Assembly (NCBI GenBank): GCA_945861645.1
Contig: CAMAVZ010000019.1
Location: forward strand, 1-37,245
DNA from: Opitutus sp. GAS368
GTDB lineage: Bacteria > Verrucomicrobiota > Verrucomicrobiia > Opitutales > Opitutaceae
Direction of reading: 5' to 3'
DNA length: 37,245 nucleotides
Shown: positions 30,054 through 37,245 of the stretch, in pieces
Position numbering within the stretch: position 1 is the stretch's first letter
Layout: every line of letters starts with the position of its first letter
Notes under the pieces: generated by a model
What the model saw: only the letters and a program-made list of their open reading frames with translations
Databases searched by the model: none
Told to the model about the DNA's origin: nothing
Translations under genes and position numbers: made by a program

Positions 30054-33053
30054 ATGAGCGCCACCCCGCCGCCTTCAGTCCTTCGTCAACTCGCCACCCG
30101 CCTGACTGGCGAGCTCCACTTTGACGCCACGATGCGGGCCATCTATGCGACCGACTCTTCGGAATATCAGGCCCTCCCCGTCGCGGTGGCCCTTCCCAAA
30201 ACTGAAACTGATTTGCGCGAGCTCATTAGCTTTGCGCGCGAAAACCACTTAGGACTCATCCCCCGCACCGCGGGCACCTCCCTCGCCGGTCAAGTCGTGG
30301 GCGAAGGCCTCGTAGTCGATGTGGGTCGCCACCTCAACCAGATCATCTCGATCGATGCCGCCCAGCGTCGCGTCCGCGTGCAACCGGGCGTCGTGCGCAA
30401 TGAACTAAATCTCGCCCTGAAGTCCCACGGCCTTTTTTTCACCCCCGAGACCTCCACCGCTAATCGGGCGATGATCGGTGGGATGGTAGGCAATAACTCC
30501 TGCGGCGCCAATTCCATCATCTACGGCACCACGCGCGAGCACCTCGTCTCTACCCGCGGCTTTCTCAGCGATGGCTCCGCTGTCACTTTCGGCCCGCTCA
30601 CCCCCGCAGAATTTGCCGCTAAATGCGCCGGCCCCGCCACGCTCGAGACCAAAATTTACTGCACGGTGCGTGATCTGCTGGGCGACGACGCGAATCGTCA
30701 GCTCATTCGCGATCATTATCCCAAACCCACCGTCACGCGCCGCAACACCGGCTATGCGCTCGACCGATTGATGGCGTGCCAAGTTTTTGACCCGACTTCC
30801 GCCCAACCGTTTAACCTCTGCCAATTACTGGCCGGTTCCGAAGGCACCCTTTTTCTTGGCGTCGAATTTGAACTCAATGTCGAGCCGCTCCCCCCACCGG
30901 GCGCGCTCATGTGCGCCCACTTTGCGACAATCCAAGATTCGCTGCACGCCACCTTGATTGCGATGCGCCACCGACCCTTCGGCTGCGAACTCATCGATCG
31001 CCATATTCTCGAGTGCACCAAAGCTAATCTCGAACAGGCTAAAAATCGCTTCTTCGTGGAAGGCGATCCGGGCGCAGTGCTCGTGATTGAAATTCGGGCC
31101 GAGCAACGAACCGCCATTGAAGCCACGATGCGGACGCTCGAAACGGAACTTCGGGCCGCGGGTCTGGGTTACGCTTTCCCCGTTCTCTGGGGTGACGAGG
31201 CCAATAAAGTTTGGGACCTCCGCCGAGCGGGTCAGGGCTTGATGATGAATGTGCCGGGCGATGCTAAGCCGCGAGAAGTCGTGGAAGATACCGCTGTCGC
31301 GGTGGAAGATTTACCCGCCTACATCGCCGAGTTCGATGCGCTCATGCGCGATAAATACGGCATTAGCAGTGTTTACTACGCTCACGCCGGCGCCGGTGAG
31401 CTCCACACTCGCCCCCTCTTTGATCTCAAAACCCGTGAAGGCCTGCGCTTTTTCCGCGGGATTGCGACCGATGTCGCCGCCCTGGTTAAAAAATATCGCG
31501 GCTCCCTCTCGGGCGAACACGGCGATGGACGGCTCCGCGGCGAGTTCATCCCCTTCATGGTCGGGCCAGAATGTTACGCGATGATGCGGCGCATCAAAGA
31601 AACCTTCGATCCCCACGGCGTGCTCAATCCCGGAAAAATTATTGATACCCCGCCGATGGATACGTCGCTGCGCCACGGGCCCGACCACCCGACGCCGGAA
31701 TATAAAACATTCTTCAACTTTAACGCCACGCAAGGCGTCCTCCGCGCCGCCGAGAAATGCAACGGCGTCGGCGAATGCCGCAAATCCCACCTCATGGGCG
31801 GCACCATGTGTCCCAGTTACATGGCGACGCGCAACGAACAAGACACCACGCGCGCGCGCGCGAACATGCTGCGCCAAGTGCTCACCGAAGCCCGCGAGGG
31901 CATGAACGCATGGGACAACGAGCAGGTGAAGAGCGTCATGGACCTCTGCCTCTCCTGCAAAGCCTGCAAATCCGAGTGCCCGTCCAATGTCGACGTCGCC
32001 CGCCTGAAAGCTGAATGGCAACAACACTATTACGATGCCAACGGCGTACCGCTGCGCTCCCGCCTCGTCGCCAGCTTCACCGCCTCCATGCGGCTAGCCT
32101 CGCTCGCACCTTCCCTCTATAATTGGGCCGTCACCACGCCCACCGTTTCGCAATGGATCAAACGCTTCGCGGGCTTCGCCACTCAACGCAGTCTCCCGAC
32201 GTTGCATGCCACGACGCTCGCGGCTTGGCACGCCCAGCATGCGAATAAAAACGGGAAGGATGCCGTGGCTCCATCAGCGAGTCGCGGGACTAGTACCTCT
32301 GTTAATGCCAACCCCTTCCCGCATGGTCGCGTTTATCTCTTCTGTGACGAATTCACGAACTACAACGACACGCCCGTCGGCATCAAGGCGGTTCAATTAC
32401 TCAATCGCCTCGGCTACGAAGTAATCATTCCCGACCACGTCGAGAGTGGCCGCGCTCACTTATCTAAAGGACTCGTGCGGGCCGCCCAAAAGCTGGCGAT
32501 CCGCAACGTCGAGTTATTGCAGAACATCATCACGGAAGGCACTCCTCTCATCGGCCTCGAACCGTCCTGTATTCTCGGCTTCCGCGACGAGTATCCTGAT
32601 CTCGTCCCCGAGCAACTGCGAGCGCCCGCTCTGGCGCTGGCTAAAAATGCGCTGCTCATTGATGAATTTATCGCGCGTGAAGCTGAGGCTGGCCGCATCA
32701 ATCGCGCGGCTTTCACCACGCGGCCACAAGCCATCACCCTCCACGGTCATTGTCACCAGAAGGCGCTCTCATCGCTCACGCCAACGGTAAAAATGCTCGA
32801 GCTCGCGGCGGGCCATACGGTCACCGTCATTCCTTCGGGCTGCTGTGGCATGGCCGGCTCCTTCGGTTATGAAACGGAACACTTTCAAGTCTCGCAACAA
32901 ATCGGCGAACTCGTCCTGTTCCCGGCCGTGCGCGCGGCGGCCGCCGACACCCTTGTCGCCGCCCCCGGCACGAGCTGTCGTCATCAGATTAAAGATGGCA
33001 CCGGTCGCGTAGCTCTGCACCCCGTAGAAATTTTACACGCGGCGCTTTTATAA
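30054..33053 (+). CDS. FAD-linked oxidase / 4Fe-4S / CCG-domain oxidoreductase (YdiJ-like, GlcD+GlcF-type fusion)
   Basis: YATDSSEY, RTAGTSLAGQ, GGMVGNNSCG, GSEGTL, HAGAGELHTRP, SGEHGDG, CNGVGEC...MCPS, CLSCKACKSECP, HGHCHQ, CCGMAGSFG, GTSCRHQI. Start placed at MSATPP (30054). Confidence 0.92.
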   Translation: MSATPPPSVLRQLATRLTGELHFDATMRAIYATDSSEYQALPVAVALPKTETDLRELISFARENHLGLIPRTAGTSLAGQVVGEGLVVDVGRHLNQIISIDAAQRRVRVQPGVVRNELNLALKSHGLFFTPETSTANRAMIGGMVGNNSCGANSIIYGTTREHLVSTRGFLSDGSAVTFGPLTPAEFAAKCAGPATLETKIYCTVRDLLGDDANRQLIRDHYPKPTVTRRNTGYALDRLMACQVFDPTSAQPFNLCQLLAGSEGTLFLGVEFELNVEPLPPPGALMCAHFATIQDSLHATLIAMRHRPFGCELIDRHILECTKANLEQAKNRFFVEGDPGAVLVIEIRAEQRTAIEATMRTLETELRAAGLGYAFPVLWGDEANKVWDLRRAGQGLMMNVPGDAKPREVVEDTAVAVEDLPAYIAEFDALMRDKYGISSVYYAHAGAGELHTRPLFDLKTREGLRFFRGIATDVAALVKKYRGSLSGEHGDGRLRGEFIPFMVGPECYAMMRRIKETFDPHGVLNPGKIIDTPPMDTSLRHGPDHPTPEYKTFFNFNATQGVLRAAEKCNGVGECRKSHLMGGTMCPSYMATRNEQDTTRARANMLRQVLTEAREGMNAWDNEQVKSVMDLCLSCKACKSECPSNVDVARLKAEWQQHYYDANGVPLRSRLVASFTASMRLASLAPSLYNWAVTTPTVSQWIKRFAGFATQRSLPTLHATTLAAWHAQHANKNGKDAVAPSASRGTSTSVNANPFPHGRVYLFCDEFTNYNDTPVGIKAVQLLNRLGYEVIIPDHVESGRAHLSKGLVRAAQKLAIRNVELLQNIITEGTPLIGLEPSCILGFRDEYPDLVPEQLRAPALALAKNALLIDEFIAREAEAGRINRAAFTTRPQAITLHGHCHQKALSSLTPTVKMLELAAGHTVTVIPSGCCGMAGSFGYETEHFQVSQQIGELVLFPAVRAAAADTLVAAPGTSCRHQIKDGTGRVALHPVEILHAALL

Positions 33054-33122
33054 AAGTAACTTCGCCCCTCCCGCACTTCTGCAGTCTTTCTTTTTGCCTC
33101 TTTTTGTGCGTTCTGGAGTCGC

Positions 33123-34406
33123 ATGAATGTCGACTATGTTGCCCGCCGGGCCCGCATCGCCCCCGCGCTGGGTTTGACTGACGAAATTTTTTTAGTCGGG
33201 GCCGGCGACCCGCTGGCCAAGCCGGAGATTAGCGACGCGATGCTGCCCTTCATCGCACATCAGGAATATTATTACCTCACCGGCCTCGCCGATGCGAGCG
33301 GTGGCATCATCGCCTACGATCCGGCCTCCGGCTGGATTTCTTTTGTCCCCACCGTCACCGAGACCGAGCAAATCTGGGAAGGTCGCCAGCAATTACCCGG
33401 CGAACCTCTCGCAAAATTTCCCGCGTGGCTGGGGGCTCGGGCCGGTCGACGAGTCGTGATGCTTGGCGCTCCTGTGGCGGGCGTGCGCCGCGATGCCGCG
33501 CGCACGGCCGCGGTCCGTGCCGCCTACCAACACGCGCGCCGACCAAAGGAGCTGGCTGAAATTAATTTAATGCGCCGCTGCGCTAGCGCCACCGCGGCCG
33601 GCTACGCGACCATCCAGTCTTTCCTCCGTCCGGGCGTGAGTGAACGGCGCCTGCAAATCGAACTCGAAGCGGAATACTTTCGCCACGGGGCCCAAGTTAC
33701 CGGCTACGACAGCATTATTGGCAGCGGACCGAACGCGGCGGTTTTTCATGGCGCCCCCTCCGCCCGCGTCGCCCAAGCGGGAGAATTTATTCTCATCGAC
33801 TCCGGCGCCCAACTCGATCGCTACGTCATCGACGTCACGCGCACCTACATCGCCGGTGAACCGAGTGCGTTCCAGCGGGATCTTTATCAGAATGTGCTGA
33901 ATGCGGAATTGCGCGCGATCGATCGCTGCCGCCCCGGCGCGGAGTGGCAAGATATTCATTTCGGCGCCGCCGTCGATTTGATCGATGGCCTCGTCACGAT
34001 GGGCCTGATGAAGGGCTCGGCCACTTCGCTGATCGAACAAGAGGCGCACATGCTCTTCTTTCCCCACGGCATCGGTCACATGCTCGGTCTCGGCGTGCGC
34101 GACGCCAGTGGCTTAGAACCAGGCCGAACCAAAGATCCCCGACCCTGCCTCGCCAGTTTGCGGCAAGATCTCATTTTGCGCGCCGGCTATATCGTCACGA
34201 TTGAACCCGGCCTCTATTTCATCCCCGCCTTGCTGCATGATCCCGTCCGGCGGGAAAAATATCGCGACTGCGTTAACTGGCCGCTCGCCGACAAATGCCT
34301 CGGACTGGGTGGCGTCCGCCTTGAGGACAATTTATTAATCACCGCAGCTGCCCCCGAAAATTTGACGGCGGCAATCCCCAAGACGCTGATTCCAACGGGG
34401 CGCTAA
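33123..34406 (+). CDS. Xaa-Pro aminopeptidase family protein (M24B, aminopeptidase P-like)
   Basis: YYLTG and WEG in the N-domain; FH, LIDSG, DVTRT, HGIGHMLGL, TIEPGLYF, GGVRLEDN metal-site motifs. Confidence 0.9.
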   Translation: MNVDYVARRARIAPALGLTDEIFLVGAGDPLAKPEISDAMLPFIAHQEYYYLTGLADASGGIIAYDPASGWISFVPTVTETEQIWEGRQQLPGEPLAKFPAWLGARAGRRVVMLGAPVAGVRRDAARTAAVRAAYQHARRPKELAEINLMRRCASATAAGYATIQSFLRPGVSERRLQIELEAEYFRHGAQVTGYDSIIGSGPNAAVFHGAPSARVAQAGEFILIDSGAQLDRYVIDVTRTYIAGEPSAFQRDLYQNVLNAELRAIDRCRPGAEWQDIHFGAAVDLIDGLVTMGLMKGSATSLIEQEAHMLFFPHGIGHMLGLGVRDASGLEPGRTKDPRPCLASLRQDLILRAGYIVTIEPGLYFIPALLHDPVRREKYRDCVNWPLADKCLGLGGVRLEDNLLITAAAPENLTAAIPKTLIPTGR

Positions 34407-34440
34407 AAAGCGCGGGCGAGTCGCCGCTCGCGCTTTATTT
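34404..34440. terminator. Bidirectional intrinsic terminator between convergent genes
   Basis: AAAGCGCGGGCG-agtcgc-CGCTCGCGCTTT with an A-run on the left and TTTATTT on the right. Confidence 0.75.
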
Positions 34441-34671
34441 ACGCTGGTCGCGTTGAAAACGGTAAACCGTTTTCAACATCTGCAGGGCCAGCCAAAAGAC
34501 CCCCGCCATGCAACCCGCGGCGAGACCACCCCAGAGCTTGATCATCGCCGGGTCATTGGAGGGCACGTGCGAATTCACGAGCCAATAAAAAATGCTGAAG
34601 GCAATCGCCGTCAGCCCTGAGTCGAGGAGGAGATTAAAGAGCGAGAATGGTTTTTTCCCAGATGAGGCCAT
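34435..34671 (-). CDS. Small two-TM hypothetical membrane protein (78 aa)
   Basis: ATG start, two hydrophobic helices around the loop SHVPSNDP, basic C-terminus; ends in the terminator; follows tatC on the same strand. Confidence 0.75.
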   Translation of the reverse strand: MASSGKKPFSLFNLLLDSGLTAIAFSIFYWLVNSHVPSNDPAMIKLWGGLAAGCMAGVFWLALQMLKTVYRFQRDQRK

Positions 34672-34727
34672 GGCGGAAAAAGAAGGAGTTGACGGGCGGT
34701 TTGTCGAACTGAATTTACGCCCTAATT

Positions 34728-35564
34728 TCAGACCTCAATAACCTCATCCTTGCGCCGGCGCTTGAGCGAGGCGGCCACGAAAATTGCTACTTCATAGAGC
34801 GCAATCAGCGGCAGCGCAAAAAGGGATTGGTTAATCGGATCAGGCGTCGGCGTAATCACCGCCGCGATGATAAAGATTACGATATAAGCGTGCCGCCGGT
34901 ACTTGCGCAGCGTCGCGACCTCGACCAAACCCATGTAGACCGCCAGCACAATCAAGAGCGGAAATTCAAAAGCGGCCCCCATCCCGAGCACGAGCCACAT
35001 CAGCAAGCTGTAATAGCGATCCGCCGTCCAGAGCACGGTGTAGCCCATTAATTGATTCAGTTCATAAGCCACTCGAATCGTACTCGGCGTAATGATGAAA
35101 TAACCAAAGGAAGCGCCGCCCAAAAAGAGGAAAAGCGCTGAACCGCAGGTGGGGAGCAGGACCTTGAGCTCTCGTTTGGTGAGAGCTGGAGCAATAAACT
35201 GACCGACAAAGAATAATATAAACGGCAGCGAAAGCACCAAGCCGCCGATGAGGCAGATATCGATAATCACGCTAAACACCCCCATCGGGCTATTGGTTAT
35301 GAGCTCGGTGTTCATCTTCGGGTAGTCGTGCTTGACCCGCTCCAGCGGCCAACTGAGCACCTTGGCAAAATCATCGACCCAGTACGCGATCAGCGTCACG
35401 AAGCCGCCAAAGACGACGGCGCTCTTGACCAGCGTCATGCGCAAATCTTCGAGATGCTCAAGAAAACCCATCGGCTTGCGAGCGCCCGTGGCAGCCGCCG
35501 GCGTTGGCTCGCTCTCGGGGGAACCGCCTTCATGGTATTCGTCAATGGGTACTTCTTCGCTCAC
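34728..35564 (-). CDS. tatC: Twin-arginine translocase subunit TatC
   Basis: MGFLEHLEDLR, FIAPALTKRE, LFLGGASFGYF, FEFP, RRHA, AAVITPTPD, LYEVAI; GTG start. Confidence 0.96.
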   Translation of the reverse strand: MSEEVPIDEYHEGGSPESEPTPAAATGARKPMGFLEHLEDLRMTLVKSAVVFGGFVTLIAYWVDDFAKVLSWPLERVKHDYPKMNTELITNSPMGVFSVIIDICLIGGLVLSLPFILFFVGQFIAPALTKRELKVLLPTCGSALFLFLGGASFGYFIITPSTIRVAYELNQLMGYTVLWTADRYYSLLMWLVLGMGAAFEFPLLIVLAVYMGLVEVATLRKYRRHAYIVIFIIAAVITPTPDPINQSLFALPLIALYEVAIFVAASLKRRRKDEVIEV

Positions 35565-35754
35565 GCGCCTGACCTACAAACAATTTTGGCCGTCGTCGGC
35601 AATCTCCGTATTTCGCTGCCTACGGGAATTTAGCAAAACCCACCTAGCCCATTTTTTAGTCCGCTGCCTTGGCCTGTTAAATTAATCCCCCTCACCCAGC
35701 CGCAGCCCAAAAATCACGCCCCGGAAAATCTCTTAATTCCACCCGCCTCCATCG

Positions 35755-35783
35755 TTGACACCCCTGCACCCAACCTTTGCGAT
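35755..35783 (+). promoter_or_regulatory. Candidate sigma70 promoter for ppdK
   Basis: Perfect TTGACA, 17-nt spacer, weak -10 TGCGAT, ending 32 nt before the ATG. Confidence 0.5.
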
Positions 35784-35815
35784 GGTGGCCCTTTCGTCCT
35801 ATTTCCACTTATAAC

Positions 35816-37245
35816 ATGGCTAAGAAATCCACTGCTAAGAAGTCCGCGGGCAAAAAGTCCGCTTCCAAGAAACCCGACCCTAAATCCGCCGCCAAAGGCA
35901 AAGCGCTCAAATGCGTCTACTCCTGGGGCGCCGGCAAGGCCGACGGCAATGGTTCGATGAAGAACCTCCTCGGGGGCAAGGGCGCCAACCTCGCGGAGAT
36001 GACTCGCATCGGCCTCCCGGTGCCCCCCGGCTTCACCATCACGACGGAGGTTTGCACGTATTTTTACGCGAATAAGCGCACCTACCCAGCTTCACTCCAG
36101 GCCCAAATGGAAGCCGGCGTGAAGAATATGGAAAAAATCATGGGCTATAAGTTCGGTGACGCCACCGGCTTCCCCCTCCTCGTGGCCGTGCGCTCGGGCG
36201 CGCGCGACTCCATGCCGGGCATGATGGACACCATCCTCAATCTCGGGCTTAACGACCAAACGGTTCTCTCCCTCGCAGCCGCCACTAAGAACGAGCGCTT
36301 CGCCTGGGACTGCTACCGCCGCTTCATTCAAATGTACGGCGATGTCGTCATCGGCGTGCAAAAGCGCGAAGGCGAAGACCACGATCCGTTTGAGACGGTG
36401 ATCCATGGCTTCAAGCACGAGAAATATCACGGCGATATCGAGGACTCCAAACTCACCGCCGCTGATCAACAGGAGCTCGTCCGCCGCTTCAAGGCTCTCG
36501 TCCATGATCGCACCGGGAAAAACTTCCCGAACAATCCGTGGGACCAACTCCGCGGCGCCGCCGGAGCAGTCTTCGGTAGCTGGATGAACGATCGCGCTAA
36601 AGTTTACCGCGCCAAATACGGCATCCCCTCCGAATGGGGCACCGCGGTTAACGTCCAGGCCATGGTCTACGGCAACACGGGCGACACCTCGGGCTCGGGC
36701 GTGGCGTTCACGCGCAACCCCGCCAACGGCACCAACGAATTCTACGGTGAGTTTCTCATCAACGCTCAGGGTGAGGACGTCGTCGCCGGCGTGCGCACCC
36801 CTGAGCCGGTGGCCGACCTCAAGGCCCAGATGCCAAAGTCTTACGCAGAACTCATGAAGGTTCGCGCGATTCTGGAAAAACACTTCAAGGATGTGCAGGA
36901 CATCGAATTCACGATTCAGGAAGGCAAGCTGTTCATGCTGCAGACGCGCAACGGCAAGCGGACCGCGATGGCTGCGCTCAAATTCTCCATCGATATGGTG
37001 AAAGAGAAGCTCATCAACTGGCAGACCGCCATTCTGCGCAATCCCGCCGACCAACTCGAGCAGCTCCTTGCGCCCGTATTTAATTTGGCGGAAGTGAAAA
37101 AAGCTAAAGTCATCGCCACCGGTCTACCCGCCGGCCCCGGCGCCGCCACTGGCCAAATTTACTTCAACGCTGATCGCGCCGTTATCGCGGCTGAGAAGGG
37201 CGAGAAAGTCCTCCTCGTCCGCGTCGAAACCTCGCCGGAGGATTT
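35816..37245 (+). CDS. ppdK: Pyruvate, phosphate dikinase (3' end runs off window)
   Basis: Not in the ORF track (no stop in window); hand translation gives [12 protein letters not shown]...[15 protein letters not shown]...[28 protein letters not shown]...[14 protein letters not shown]...[13 protein letters not shown]...[22 protein letters not shown]...VRVETSPED. Confidence 0.98.
   Translation, partial: MAKKSTAKKSAGKKSASKKPDPKSAAKGKALKCVYSWGAGKADGNGSMKNLLGGKGANLAEMTRIGLPVPPGFTITTEVCTYFYANKRTYPASLQAQMEAGVKNMEKIMGYKFGDATGFPLLVAVRSGARDSMPGMMDTILNLGLNDQTVLSLAAATKNERFAWDCYRRFIQMYGDVVIGVQKREGEDHDPFETVIHGFKHEKYHGDIEDSKLTAADQQELVRRFKALVHDRTGKNFPNNPWDQLRGAAGAVFGSWMNDRAKVYRAKYGIPSEWGTAVNVQAMVYGNTGDTSGSGVAFTRNPANGTNEFYGEFLINAQGEDVVAGVRTPEPVADLKAQMPKSYAELMKVRAILEKHFKDVQDIEFTIQEGKLFMLQTRNGKRTAMAALKFSIDMVKEKLINWQTAILRNPADQLEQLLAPVFNLAEVKKAKVIATGLPAGPGAATGQIYFNADRAVIAAEKGEKVLLVRVETSPED

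Noticed and set aside
36092-37054. 320-aa minus-strand ORF
   Set aside because: Antisense shadow of ppdK, which is unambiguous on the plus strand.

Overview
A GC-rich (roughly 60% by eye) bacterial chromosome segment with about 28 genes. Gene content and style suggest Verrucomicrobiota, probably Opitutaceae (inference only). In order: an FKBP lipoprotein (partial), two tandem DTW proteins, katG, a secreted DUF1080-PA14 protein plus a beta-propeller/blue-copper protein, lolD/lolC-E/lysS, YchJ, an L,D-transpeptidase, two small Cys-rich proteins, a SNF2 ATPase, thioredoxin, DUF1684, a methyltransferase, a TetA-like MFS transporter, parE-fdhD-[MOSC-MobA fusion]-parC, ALDH7 plus a lysine 6-dehydrogenase-like gene divergent from a YdiJ-like FAD/Fe-S oxidoreductase, a Xaa-Pro aminopeptidase, a small membrane protein, tatC and ppdK (partial). 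I saw no CRISPR array, tRNA, rRNA, integrase or transposase. Best leads: (1) the DUF1080-PA14 plus propeller-cupredoxin pair as a possible copper-linked oxidative glycoside-cleavage module; (2) a Moco-maturation cassette with a MOSC-MobA fusion splitting the topoisomerase IV genes; (3) a Hda-like clamp-binding motif (QPELPL) in the ParC N-terminal tail; (4) a possible divergent lysine-to-2-oxoglutarate catabolic locus; (5) a His-to-Arg change in the aminopeptidase P active site. Family calls come from motif recognition by eye; no database searches were run.
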